Translations under genes and position numbers: made by a program
Origin: a virus
Lineage: Duplodnaviria; Caudoviricetes
DNA: 56,663 nt
Direction: 5' to 3' (one strand)
Virus record (IMG/VR): IMGVR_UViG_3300036792_000179
Location: 1-56,663 of that record
Notes under the pieces: generated by a model
What the model was told of the DNA's origin: nothing
Seen by the model: only the letters and a program-made list of their open reading frames with translations
Databases searched by the model: none
In this document: positions 1 through 8,471 of the stretch, piece after piece
Position numbering within the stretch: position 1 is the first letter of the stretch
How the letters are laid out: each line of letters opens with the position of its first letter

Positions 1-138
1 TGGAAGATGCTTGGCAACGGCCCCGATCAGACAGCCCCCGGAGCCGCTGCGCAGGGCTGCGGCGACTGTGTCTGGGCCTCGGCCGATCACGAGACGATGC
101 TCGCTCTGACCGACGCAGGGCAGTCTCCAGCCGACGTT
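1..138. repeat. Terminal direct repeat, left copy (circular assembly overlap)
   Basis: 1-138 is identical to 56526-56663 except position 12 (T vs G; CTT/CTG, both Leu). Confidence 0.95.
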
Positions 139-696
139 GCGGCGCTGTTCGACGGCTCGACTGCAGTGGCCGACTACGCCGAGTTCACGGGCTATGACCC
201 GCAGAACGGCGAAGGCGACAACGGCACGGAAATCCGCGAAGCGCTCAAGCAGCGAGCGAGCACTGGCATCCGCGACCTGAAGGGCAACCGGCACAAGGTC
301 GGTCTCTACGTCTCGGTCGATCCGCAGAACACGGCGGAGCTTCTAGCGGCCACCTACTGGTTTGAGGCCGTCACGCTCGGCGTGACCGTCACCCAGGCCA
401 ACGAGGAGGCGTTCTCCAAGGCCGAAGGGAGCGGCGCGACCGCCGTCTGGACGCACTCGCGCTCAGAGGAATTGGGCGGGCACTGCATCCCGATCGTGGG
501 CCGGCCGGACGAAGAGCACTTCGCCGCTCTGACCTGGGCGCGACGCATCTTTCTGACGCCGAGCTTTATCGCCGATCAGGTTCAGGAGGCGTGGGCCTAC
601 CTCTCGCCTGAGCGGATCTCGAAGGTCACGGGCAAGAGCTATGAGGGTGCCTCGGAGACTGTGCTCGAGGAATACCTCTCGCTGGTCAAGGGCTAG
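7..696 (+). CDS. Papain-like (C1-type) cysteine peptidase, 3' part; full ORF starts at 56397 and spans the junction (about 274 aa)
   Basis: GDCVWA (catalytic Cys) and GGHCI (catalytic His), later LTW; ATG 56397 is in frame across the overlap. Confidence 0.65.
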   Translation: MLGNGPDQTAPGAAAQGCGDCVWASADHETMLALTDAGQSPADVAALFDGSTAVADYAEFTGYDPQNGEGDNGTEIREALKQRASTGIRDLKGNRHKVGLYVSVDPQNTAELLAATYWFEAVTLGVTVTQANEEAFSKAEGSGATAVWTHSRSEELGGHCIPIVGRPDEEHFAALTWARRIFLTPSFIADQVQEAWAYLSPERISKVTGKSYEGASETVLEEYLSLVKG

Positions 697-782
697 CCGC
701 TTCACGGAGCGAAGGCGTCCGGAAGGGCGCTGTCCAAGGCCGGGCAGCGCCCGAGCCGACCCAAAGAGGAGGTACCGCTTGT

Positions 783-1193
783 ATCTGGGCACTAGCCACC
801 ACACTCGCTGTCCTGTCGTTTGGGACGGTGCATACGCAGGAGATGACATCGGACGCTGCTCCGGCGGCGAAATCATCTAGTCATCGCTGCATCCCCTGTG
901 ATCGAGCGTGGGCTCGACATCACAGACCGAAGTTCCGGATGACGGCGTTCGAGGTCTGTGATGCCAACATGGAGAGTGGAGCGCCAGAAGATCCCTACGA
1001 CCCTTCGCACATCGACTGGCGGATGGAATCGGGCGGCTATGAAGGTGCGTTCTCCTGGCTGCCTTCGACGTGGCAACGTCAGCGGTTTCCGGGGTATCCG
1101 TCGAGAGCGGTTGACGCTAGCCCTGAACAGCAGACGCTTGTGTTTCGCCGCTACAAAAACGTTGGCGAATGGCCGACGATGGCTCGTTGCTAG
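783..1193 (+). CDS. Secreted Rpf/lytic transglycosylase-like protein (probable ATC start; GTG 828 is the alternative)
   Basis: C-x4-ESG, GGYEGAFSWLPSTW, ASPEQQ and WPTMARC match the Rpf pattern; hydrophobic IWALATTLAVLSFG lies upstream in frame; RBS GAGGAGG at 766-772. Confidence 0.75.
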   Translation: MWALATTLAVLSFGTVHTQEMTSDAAPAAKSSSHRCIPCDRAWARHHRPKFRMTAFEVCDANMESGAPEDPYDPSHIDWRMESGGYEGAFSWLPSTWQRQRFPGYPSRAVDASPEQQTLVFRRYKNVGEWPTMARC

Positions 1194-1206
1194 TCGAAGT
1201 TCACAA

Positions 1207-1280
1207 GCGCTCGTAGCTCAACTGGATAGAGCACCGGCCTTCTAAGCCGGGGGTTGCTGGTTCGAGTCCAGCCGAACGCT
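1207..1280 (+). tRNA. tRNA-Arg(UCU)
   Basis: Cloverleaf: acceptor GCGCTCG/CGAACGC (one C-A mismatch), D-stem GCTC/GAGC, anticodon arm CCGGC-CTTCTAA-GCCGG, T-arm GCTGG-TTCGAGT-CCAGC; no encoded CCA. Confidence 0.92.
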
Positions 1281-1433
1281 CTCAGATCGTCAACGCAGCG
1301 GAGACGTCCTGCAAAAGAACCCGAGCGCGGCAGCAGCATGTCGCGTGGACTGCGCCGATCTGAATATGGCTGTCCGTGGCCGAGAAGTGCACGGACTGGC
1401 GCCCTCCTGACCTTCCACGGTTGGGGCCGACAC

Positions 1434-1474
1434 GAGCCGCATCTACCTTCGGGTGGGTGCGGCTTTCGTCGTTT
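1434..1474 (+). terminator. Intrinsic terminator ending the late/lysis transcript
   Basis: 14-bp stem GAGCCGCATCTACC-TTCG-GGTGGGTGCGGCTT followed by a T-rich tail. Confidence 0.75.
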
Positions 1475-1584
1475 AAGGGCCATTCCCTCGCACCCTTCCA
1501 CATGCTCAGTTGGCCGGAACGACCGACCGGACTGCGGTCCTACGGACGCCACGGAAACCGACTGAGCGACATGAGGTCAAGCGC

Positions 1585-1613
1585 TTTACAACCTCGCACT
1601 TTGGGAGTAGTTT
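1585..1613 (+). promoter_or_regulatory. SigA-type promoter pointing toward the repressor 3' end
   Basis: TTTACA-17 nt-TAGTTT. Confidence 0.5.
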
Positions 1614-1673
1614 GCTCCGTTGGCTGCTCGACCAGTTGGGCCGAGGGCCAGAGGAAGGAGACTCCCAGGGGAA

Positions 1674-2006
1674 ATGACCGGGGTGGATGACCGGAAGGCG
1701 TGGGGATCACCGAGGCGTACCACGGATGCTGACAGGTGGGACGCTCAGACCCAGTACGACCTGGGCGTCATGATCCTTGGCTACCTCTCTCGTCATCGCG
1801 CTCCGGCGGATTCTGTGTACGCCGTCGACGTGGCTGACTGGGGTCGGCGTCTTCTAGACGCCGGCGAAGAGGACCTTGGGGCTGTAGCGCAACGTCATGT
1901 CCGAGAAGCGCCCCAAGTGACCGCAACACGTCCTCGAGAGAGCCAAGCCGATCCTCGATTCGATCGAGCTGGTCTCGGAGATCGGGCGCGCTCAACGCGC
2001 CCATGA
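1674..2006 (+). CDS. Hypothetical protein overlapping the repressor 3' end in antisense
   Basis: Upstream promoter and purine-rich leader (GAGGAAGGAG); plausible N-terminal half. Confidence 0.4.
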   Translation: MTGVDDRKAWGSPRRTTDADRWDAQTQYDLGVMILGYLSRHRAPADSVYAVDVADWGRRLLDAGEEDLGAVAQRHVREAPQVTATRPRESQADPRFDRAGLGDRARSTRP

Positions 2007-2250
2007 GGTCCGGCGACGGCTTGTCCGCGCTCGGCTGGTGGTACAGATCGGCCACGGTGCAGTGGAGCGCCTTTGCGATGTGCTCGAGCGTGTCGTCGCT
2101 GGGACGATGCGCTCCCCGCTCCCACTTCGATACCTGAGTGCCGTTCGACTTGCCGGGCAGTTGTTCGGCAAGAGCATCCTGAGTTAGACCCGCCGCCTCG
2201 CGGTACTCGCGTATGCGCGCGCCCAAGCGCACCACGTGCTCCGCAGCCAT
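1768..2250 (-). CDS. CI-like immunity repressor (XRE HTH)
   Basis: RIREYREAAGLTQDALAEQL...QVSKWERGAHRPS...IAKALHCTVADL; divergent from the Cro-like gene. Confidence 0.9.
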   Translation of the reverse strand: MAAEHVVRLGARIREYREAAGLTQDALAEQLPGKSNGTQVSKWERGAHRPSDDTLEHIAKALHCTVADLYHQPSADKPSPDLMGALSAPDLRDQLDRIEDRLGSLEDVLRSLGALLGHDVALQPQGPLRRRLEDADPSQPRRRRTQNPPERDDERGSQGS

Positions 2251-2307
2251 GAGAGCGAATCTACGGCGTGCCAGTGCGCTTGTCGTGGCAAAGTTTCTAG
2301 ATAGGGG

Positions 2308-2356
2308 TTGACTAGTCGCCATTTAGCCACTATAGTCGGCGGCAGATGACTAGTCA
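2308..2356 (+). promoter_or_regulatory. Early promoter with palindromic operators
   Basis: TTGACT-17 nt-TATAGT (2308-2336); near-leaderless ATG at 2346; GACTAGTC palindrome over the -35 box (2310-2317) and TGACTAGTCA over the start codon (2347-2356). Confidence 0.8.
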
Positions 2357-2585
2357 AACGAATAGCCACCTCGCAGCTACCGTGGCTCGGAACATCCGCA
2401 CAGCGCGCGATTCGGCTGCGCTGACGCAGCGCGCTCTGGCCGAGCAGGTCGGAGTGGACTCCATGGTCATCAGCAAGTGGGAGCGAGCTAACCACAGGCC
2501 AAGTCACGAGAACATGATCCGTCTCGCTGAGGCTCTGGACCGATCTGTCGCATGGTTCTACACCGAGCATCGGGCGGCGGCGTGA
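2346..2585 (+). CDS. Cro-like XRE HTH regulator
   Basis: NIRTARDSAALTQRALAEQVGVDSMVISKWERANHRPS. Confidence 0.9.
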   Translation: MTSQTNSHLAATVARNIRTARDSAALTQRALAEQVGVDSMVISKWERANHRPSHENMIRLAEALDRSVAWFYTEHRAAA

Positions 2586-2923
2586 TTTTGTCTACCGCTG
2601 ATCTCAAGCGCTTTGAGAGCTACGTGCTGCGTCGCGGCGAGGATGAATGTTGGCCTTGGACCGGATGCTCGTATCCGGACGGATACGGCGCGTTCTGGCT
2701 TGTTGATCAGAACAAGCGTGCGCATCGAGTCGCCGCAACGTGGTGTTCACGCCCCGGCTGCTTTGAGCACTTCCACCCGCGCGACGGTGAAGCACGAGGG
2801 TCGCTACCCGATGGTTGGGGACTCGTTCGAGACGACGGCGAAAAGATCCGCGCTGTCGCGGCTGGGGAGCGCTCACCTCGGCTGCTGCCCGTTTGCTCGG
2901 AGCACGCGGAGCACGCAAAGTGA
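2582..2923 (+). CDS. Chimeric protein: HNH-endonuclease N-terminus without the HNH core
   Basis: ECWPWTG...GYGAF...RAHRVA, then an unrelated Cys/His-containing segment. Confidence 0.55.
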   Translation: MILSTADLKRFESYVLRRGEDECWPWTGCSYPDGYGAFWLVDQNKRAHRVAATWCSRPGCFEHFHPRDGEARGSLPDGWGLVRDDGEKIRAVAAGERSPRLLPVCSEHAEHAK

Positions 2924-3153
2924 GCCTTCCCGTCTACGCAGCCCTGATCGGAATCCCGGTCTGGATCTTGGCCCTGCTTTTCGCCATCGGCTGTGCCGCG
3001 AAGGACGGCGACGAGCAGGAGACGAGCGCGGCTGACGCGCGACGCCGCGTTCGTGAGCGAGCCCGTCGACTTGAAGGTCCTCGCCGTGACTGTCACACCC
3101 TCCGCCGGCACGGTGGTCGAGTTGGGGTTCTGGCTAGGAGGGGGCATCGATGA
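2920..3153 (+). CDS. Small membrane protein
   Basis: N-terminal hydrophobic stretch; GTGA/ATGA coupling on both sides. Confidence 0.55.
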   Translation: MSLPVYAALIGIPVWILALLFAIGCAAKDGDEQETSAADARRRVRERARRLEGPRRDCHTLRRHGGRVGVLARRGHR

Positions 3154-3425
3154 GGACGTGGACACTCGTCCAGGACGAGACTTACTCGCCGCCCCTGATC
3201 TGCGCAGTCGTTCGCCCCTCCCTGTTGCTCGGCCCTCGGCTAGGCCACGAAAGCAAGAAGGGCCACCCGACGGAGGTCATCGAGCTAGAGCCGGTGCTGG
3301 ACTTGCTGATGGAGGCCGCCATCTCCGCGTGTACATGTTCCGAGTGCAAAAAGCACGAGGCCACGATTGACGATCTTCTGCAATCCCATGGCCGTCTCGC
3401 CAGGGCCGGAAGGCTGGAGTCGTGA
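3150..3425 (+). CDS. Hypothetical protein
   Basis: Coupled ORF in the early operon; CxCxxC motif. Confidence 0.55.
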   Translation: MRTWTLVQDETYSPPLICAVVRPSLLLGPRLGHESKKGHPTEVIELEPVLDLLMEAAISACTCSECKKHEATIDDLLQSHGRLARAGRLES

Positions 3426-3625
3426 GCGCCCCCTTCAACAATGCCCAGGCCCTCGCCGACGGCTGGGGAGACGCCCCACTCACATGCACTGAATGCGGAG
3501 CCACGATCTGGACCGACACCGAACGGTTCCAGAGAACCGCTCACGGTCCGCGATGCAGTGACTGCTCGTTTGTCGAAGAGGTCGACCCGCGAATCGTTGC
3601 GATGTACCAGGAGCTCGCGGCGTGA
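3422..3625 (+). CDS. Small zinc-ribbon protein
   Basis: CTEC...CSDC; coupled. Confidence 0.6.
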   Translation: MSAPFNNAQALADGWGDAPLTCTECGATIWTDTERFQRTAHGPRCSDCSFVEEVDPRIVAMYQELAA

Positions 3626-3822
3626 AGTTCCGCAAGCTCACCAAGCTCTTGAGTGAGGCCGACGTCGCTTCAGCTCAGCACCCTCGCACCGGCCGACTGC
3701 TGCTCATGGCCGGAGCCGTCGGCCTCTCACCTGACTACTCACGTACAAGAAGCGCGGGCACCGTTGTAGCGGCCCCGCGCGTGATCAGAACCGCAGGAGG
3801 TTCCGATGCCAGAGAACGGTAA
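3622..3822 (+). CDS. Short ORF overlying a highly structured RNA region
   Basis: GTGA coupling; nested stems at 3647-3803. Confidence 0.4.
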   Translation: MKFRKLTKLLSEADVASAQHPRTGRLLLMAGAVGLSPDYSRTRSAGTVVAAPRVIRTAGGSDARER

Positions 3823-4045
3823 CAACGCAGTCGGCGTGCGCCCGTCGAAAGCCGAAGTCGACGCGGTCGAGCGCATCCTCGCCGAGGCGTGCGACGGGAC
3901 TGCCCCTGACGGCTACTGGCGGCACACGGCTGAAGACGCGTTGGAAGCTGCCAAGGCTGCTCAGCAGGCTGAGGTCGACACGTTCGTCTCGATCGTCGGA
4001 CCGGCGTTTGATCGGGCGCTTGAGGGACGGACGGTGGTCGCGTGA
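3806..4045 (+). CDS. Hypothetical protein
   Basis: RBS AGGAGG; coupled to the next gene. Confidence 0.6.
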   Translation: MPENGNNAVGVRPSKAEVDAVERILAEACDGTAPDGYWRHTAEDALEAAKAAQQAEVDTFVSIVGPAFDRALEGRTVVA

Positions 4046-5040
4046 GCGCCGTTGACGAGACAGTGGAGGCTACGGCCGTTGAGGTTGAGCCGCCACGCCA
4101 AGACATCGTCCGGCGCACGGAGCCGAGCCTGAGCGTCACGCCTCAGATCGGTGCAGCCGACCTCGTTGAGCGGCTGGACATGATCGAGCAGGCGATGCAC
4201 AGGGCCATGAAGCGCGATGTGGACTACGGCGTTGTGCCCGGCACCGACAAGCCCACGCTGTTCAAGCCGGGCGCAGAGAAGCTCGGCGTGCTTTTTCAGC
4301 TCGACGTGCAGATCGATAATGCCAAGACGTGGGGCGACGGCGATCACCTGACAGTCGTCTCACGTGCGACGGCGTTCCATGCACCCACGGGTGCGCGGCT
4401 TGGCTACGGCGAGGGGCTCTGTACGACGCGCGAGAAGAAGTACGCCAAACGCAAGCAGGAGCGCGTCTGTCCCGAGTGCGGAGAAGCCGCAGTGATCAAG
4501 GGCAAGGAGGAGTACGGCGGCGGCTGGCTCTGCTGGGCCAAGAAGGGTGGCTGCAACGCGAAGTGGGCAGACGGAGCTGACGAGATCGAGCGCCAACCGC
4601 AAGGCGAAGTCGACAACCCCGACTTGCCCGACGTGTGGAACACGGTCATCAAGATGGCCGAGAAGCGCGCCCGGGTGGACTGCATCCTCGCAGTGACCGG
4701 GGCGTCGGCGCTGTTCACACAGGACATGGACGATCAGGTAGAGCGCGCTCCACAGACAACTACAGCGTCGGGCAGCAGCTCACGCGTGAGTGCCGCGAAG
4801 CCACAGAAAACCGAACGTGTCGCCACTGCCAAGCAGCGCGGTCTCATCAACGTCAAGGCCTCGGAGGCGGGGCTCACGCAGAACGACTTGGCGAACGTAG
4901 TCAAACTCGCCACTGGCGGCGAGCCCCACGACTTCGAGTCCGAGGAGGCTGCGGCGACGTGGCTCAAGCGCAACCTCGATCGCCTGCCTGAGCGTCTTGT
5001 GGATGCCGTGCTCAACGGAATCACTGAGGCGGCGTCGTGA
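4042..5040 (+). CDS. Phage recombination / ssDNA-annealing-like protein with zinc ribbon
   Basis: DYGVVPGTDKPTLFKPGAEKL and NTVIKMAEKRA motifs; CPECG...C...C; adjacent to the exonuclease. Confidence 0.65.
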   Translation: MSAVDETVEATAVEVEPPRQDIVRRTEPSLSVTPQIGAADLVERLDMIEQAMHRAMKRDVDYGVVPGTDKPTLFKPGAEKLGVLFQLDVQIDNAKTWGDGDHLTVVSRATAFHAPTGARLGYGEGLCTTREKKYAKRKQERVCPECGEAAVIKGKEEYGGGWLCWAKKGGCNAKWADGADEIERQPQGEVDNPDLPDVWNTVIKMAEKRARVDCILAVTGASALFTQDMDDQVERAPQTTTASGSSSRVSAAKPQKTERVATAKQRGLINVKASEAGLTQNDLANVVKLATGGEPHDFESEEAAATWLKRNLDRLPERLVDAVLNGITEAAS

Positions 5041-5846
5041 CCGTCGCCGACCTGGAGATCCCGACTCGGCTTCCCGTCGATCACTTCTCGGCTTCGAGCA
5101 TCGGCACGTACCTGAAGTGCCCTGAGAGCTGGCGACGCAAGTACATTGAGCGGGAATACGACCGGCCTAGCGGTGCGATGGTTCTGGGCTCGTCTGTTGG
5201 TGCAGCCGAGAATCACGCCGACCAGCTCGTCATCGACGGTGAGGAGCGGCCCAGCACGGACGACGTGCTCGACCTTTTTACCGACGAGTTCGACGACCGC
5301 ACCGAGCGTGAGGAGGTCGCTTGGGCCGGCGAAACGCCGGGCGAAGCGAAGGACACCGGAATCGCCGCAGTGAAGGCCTATGAGCGCCTAGTCGTCCCGA
5401 CTATCAAGCCCGTATCGGTCGAGCGCGAATTCTGGCTGAACTTCGACGGCGTTGAGTGGGGCTTCCAGGGCTTCTTTGATCTCGAGCAAGAGGACGACAC
5501 GCTTGCCGACCGCAAGGTGATTGGCAAGAAGCTCGGGCAGGCCGACGCCGACGGTGACATTCAGCCGACGTCCTACTTCCTCGCTCGCCGCTCCGAGGGC
5601 AACCCAGCGAAGCGTTTCGACTTCCACACGATGGTCAAGACGAAGCAGCCTTACGCGGAAGTCGTGAAGACCGAGCGCACTGACGCTCAGCTCGATCACT
5701 TCGTCGACCGGCTCTACAGGATCTCGGCCGAGATCCTGTGGCGACTCGAAACGGATAACTGGGCAGGCGCTGCACCGCGCTCGTGGTGGTGCACACAGAA
5801 GTACTGCGGTTTCTGGGGCTCGTGTCCGATGGGTGGGGCGCGATGA
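5037..5846 (+). CDS. Cas4/RecB-like PD-(D/E)XK exonuclease
   Basis: HFSASS..TYLKCP, VEREF, GFFDL, ADRK, and a C-terminal C-x4-C-x5-C (four-Cys Fe-S staple). Confidence 0.85.
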   Translation: MTVADLEIPTRLPVDHFSASSIGTYLKCPESWRRKYIEREYDRPSGAMVLGSSVGAAENHADQLVIDGEERPSTDDVLDLFTDEFDDRTEREEVAWAGETPGEAKDTGIAAVKAYERLVVPTIKPVSVEREFWLNFDGVEWGFQGFFDLEQEDDTLADRKVIGKKLGQADADGDIQPTSYFLARRSEGNPAKRFDFHTMVKTKQPYAEVVKTERTDAQLDHFVDRLYRISAEILWRLETDNWAGAAPRSWWCTQKYCGFWGSCPMGGAR

Positions 5847-6175
5847 CTCTCTCAAATCCCGCCGCCGTGCAAGAGCGTCTCGAAGCGATCGAGGCCGACC
5901 TGGCCATTGCCCAGAACGAGTTGGAGGACGTGGCGATGGAGCACTTCACCGCGAAGCGCAACAAGGAGAAGGCCCGTGCCACTCGTTTCATCGAGGCCAA
6001 CGACGGTGAACGCTCGGTAGCGGAACGGACTGCGATAGCCGAGCGCGACACAGCGCTTGACGGAGTCGAGGCTGAGGCTCGCTACGAAGCGTTGCGCTCG
6101 AAGGTGCGCGTACTTGACACCAGGGCTGCGATTGGGATGTCGATCCTGAGAGCGCAATCGAGGGCTGGCGCATGA
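5843..6175 (+). CDS. Coiled-coil hypothetical protein
   Basis: Coupled ORF with heptad-like helical pattern. Confidence 0.65.
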   Translation: MTLSNPAAVQERLEAIEADLAIAQNELEDVAMEHFTAKRNKEKARATRFIEANDGERSVAERTAIAERDTALDGVEAEARYEALRSKVRVLDTRAAIGMSILRAQSRAGA

Positions 6176-6705
6176 GCCTCAATCCCCAAGCACGCCACGG
6201 AGCCGAGTCGCTGTCTCATCAGGCGAAGAAAGGGGTGCTCCCAGTTGAGCGCTCGGCGAAGCGCGAGAAGTCACCGTCTCGCCTTCGCCGAGCAACCGAG
6301 CTGAAGCGCGGCGCCGGGCCCAAACGGTCTGCGCTCAGGTCTCGGAGCAAATCGATCAGCCCGGCAACCGCCGAGCAGAAAGCGAAGGTCGACGGCCGCG
6401 CCTGCATCGCAGCAGACCTTGGCCCGTGCCTGGGCGACGTCGATCCCGCCCATTTGATTGACCGTTCCCTGGCCCCGTCGATGGGTGATGACGTACGAGC
6501 AGTCGTGCCCCTCTGCCGCCGCCACCACAACGAGTACGACGAACACAAGCTCGACCTGTCGACAGTGCTCGAGCCTCGGTTGCGCGAAGAGGCCGCGTGG
6601 GCTGTTGAAGCGCTCGGTCTCTTCGGCGCCCTTCGGCGCATCACCGGCAAGCACTGGCAGCCCGTTGGCGCTGACCTCCCTCAACCACAAGGAGACCCGT
6701 CGTGA
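6172..6705 (+). CDS. Ref-like HNH-fold nuclease
   Basis: C...C...DPAHL...VPLCRRHH, with a basic N-terminus. Confidence 0.65.
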   Translation: MSLNPQARHGAESLSHQAKKGVLPVERSAKREKSPSRLRRATELKRGAGPKRSALRSRSKSISPATAEQKAKVDGRACIAADLGPCLGDVDPAHLIDRSLAPSMGDDVRAVVPLCRRHHNEYDEHKLDLSTVLEPRLREEAAWAVEALGLFGALRRITGKHWQPVGADLPQPQGDPS

Positions 6706-7448
6706 TCCAGATCAAGCGTTGGACGGATGGAAAAGTGTTGTACACGGCCGAGGGCGCAGCCGATGTAAAGGCGGCCCTCGAAGAGGCAGTGAAGGCGAAA
6801 GCCGACCTGCGCTACGCCGACCTGGGCTACGCCGACCTGCGCTACGCCGACCTGCGCTACGCCGACCTGCGCTACGCCGACCTGCGCTACGCCGACCTGC
6901 GCTACGCCGACCTGCGCTACGCCGACCTGCGCTACGCCGACCTGCGCTACGCCGACCTGCGCTCCGCCGACCTGCGCTACGCCAACCTGGGCTACGCCGA
7001 CCTGGGCTACGCCGACCTGCGCTCCGCCGACCTGCGCTCCGCCGACCTGCGCTACGCCGACCTGGACTACAGCCACCCACTTTGGGCCTTCTGGACGGAC
7101 TTCGTCGCAGTCCTCGACCGGGTACCAGCCGAGGCCGCCGGTCTGCGGGCGGCGATTGCAGAGGGCAACATAGACGGCTCCGTCTACGAGGGCGCGTGCG
7201 CGTGTCTCGTGGGCACGATCGCAAACGTTCGGCACGTCTCGTTCGACGAACTCGACATAGGCACTGACGCCTCGCGCCCGGCAGAGCAGTGGTTCATGCC
7301 GATTCGCAAAGGCGATGTTCCGATCGATGATCCAAAGCAGGCAAAGAGCGAGGGTGTCTTCCGAGCGAGCGTTGCGTTGCAGTGGCTCGACGAATGGGTT
7401 GAGCTGCGCAAGGGCGTTGCACAAGCGCTGGTGGCCGGGACGGCCTGA
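6702..7448 (+). CDS. Pentapeptide-repeat protein
   Basis: 18 A(D/N)Lx(Y/S) repeats; C-terminal [16 protein letters not shown] domain. Confidence 0.92.
   Translation: MIQIKRWTDGKVLYTAEGAADVKAALEEAVKAKADLRYADLGYADLRYADLRYADLRYADLRYADLRYADLRYADLRYADLRYADLRSADLRYANLGYADLGYADLRSADLRSADLRYADLDYSHPLWAFWTDFVAVLDRVPAEAAGLRAAIAEGNIDGSVYEGACACLVGTIANVRHVSFDELDIGTDASRPAEQWFMPIRKGDVPIDDPKQAKSEGVFRASVALQWLDEWVELRKGVAQALVAGTA
6801..7070 (+). repeat. 15-bp tandem repeat, 18 units (GCCGACCTGCGCTAC)
   Basis: Directly visible; encodes the pentapeptides. Confidence 0.97.
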
Positions 7449-7717
7449 TGCACTACCCGCGCCCCTTGAGCATCCACCGCGCCGACGTCCAACGGCTCCT
7501 CATCCGAGCGGGCTGGACGCGACACGCCGACGGCAGCCTCTCCAGAGCAGGAGTCGTCTGGCGCAACGTCGGCAACCGGCGCGACAGCATCCTGCGCTTG
7601 TTCGAGGGCCACCCAGACTTCGTCGTCGAGTTCTCACCTGAAATCCCAGCCTCGGTTATCGCAGCTGCCTGTATTGCGGCTGCTGAGTTCTATGGGCGAC
7701 GGGCGGTGGCGGCGTAA
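7448..7717 (+). CDS. Hypothetical protein
   Basis: TGATG coupling. Confidence 0.6.
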   Translation: MHYPRPLSIHRADVQRLLIRAGWTRHADGSLSRAGVVWRNVGNRRDSILRLFEGHPDFVVEFSPEIPASVIAAACIAAAEFYGRRAVAA

Positions 7718-8208
7718 TGGCCTACGAGACCACGACAGTTCCCGTAGAGCGCTCACAGGGCGAGATCCGCAAGTTGCTGATCAAAGCTCAGATCGGTCAG
7801 CTCGCGTTTGGTGAGGACCGCGACGAGACAGGTCAGCGCTGGGCCGCTGTGACCTTCCGCCACACCGTCTACGCCGTCCGCATCCGCGTCCCACTGAAGG
7901 TCGTCGACGAGCGTGCGGTAGGCGCGAAGTACGTGCGCGCTCGCAGCAAGTCGCGCGACGAAGTGCGAGACCTTCTCTACGAGCAGCAGGAACGTCGGAT
8001 CTGGCGCGTGATGGCCTGGAACCTCAAGGCGCGGATGGTTGCCGTCGAGGAGGAGATAGAGACCTTCGAGCAGGCCTTCTTGCCGCACCTGCTCAACCCT
8101 GACACGGGCCGCACGATCTACGAGCAGCTTGCCGAGGACGGCCGCGTTGAGCTTCCTGCGCCGCTGCTCGCGCTTCCCGCCCCTGAAGACGCCGAGGTCA
8201 TCCGATGA
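7717..8208 (+). CDS. Conserved phage protein
   Basis: TTVPVERSQGEI...WR..AWNLKARMVAVE..IETFEQAFLPHL motif pattern. Confidence 0.7.
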   Translation: MAYETTTVPVERSQGEIRKLLIKAQIGQLAFGEDRDETGQRWAAVTFRHTVYAVRIRVPLKVVDERAVGAKYVRARSKSRDEVRDLLYEQQERRIWRVMAWNLKARMVAVEEEIETFEQAFLPHLLNPDTGRTIYEQLAEDGRVELPAPLLALPAPEDAEVIR

Positions 8209-8471
8209 TGCCTCCCGTACAGAGCCGAGCTGAACTTGTCCCCGGCCAGCGCGTGATTCGCGCGAGCGCTCGAATACGGTCTGCGGACGTACTCGGCACA
8301 GTGCTCGAGCAGAGCGATGGACTAGTGCGCATCGGCTTCGAGGACAAGACGGATCGATGGGTGGCACCGTCGCTCTTTCGCCCACTCGGCGAGCTCCGCG
8401 CCGAGGCCGATGAGGGCGTCCTCGCCGAGTGGATGTCCGATGTCTGCGATCACCCAGAGGCGGTCGCCTGA
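8205..8471 (+). CDS. Small SH3-like beta protein
   Basis: PGQRV...GTVL...VRIGF...WV pattern. Confidence 0.5.
   Translation: MMPPVQSRAELVPGQRVIRASARIRSADVLGTVLEQSDGLVRIGFEDKTDRWVAPSLFRPLGELRAEADEGVLAEWMSDVCDHPEAVA

Noticed and set aside
697-775. c-di-AMP (ydaO) riboswitch upstream of the Rpf-like gene
   Set aside because: Too short and lacks the conserved GCTGAA, GGGGAA and CAGCTAAC blocks; only generic hairpins are visible.
5037-5846. CRISPR-associated Cas4
   Set aside because: No cas operon or array; a stand-alone phage exonuclease beside a recombination gene is common.
6174-6254. Possible further tRNA-like RNA (CTCAT loop, CTCAAT/GTTGAG stem) at the start of the Ref-like gene
   Set aside because: Stems are short and I could not build a cloverleaf; may be chance pairing at high GC.
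6801-7070. CRISPR array or DGR repeat
   Set aside because: Contiguous 15-bp coding repeats with no spacers; no reverse transcriptase gene is visible in the genome.
6458-7424. Long alternative-frame ORFs (RRPAL, AQVGV, RRSAG repeats)
   Set aside because: Shadows of the stop-free pentapeptide repeat.
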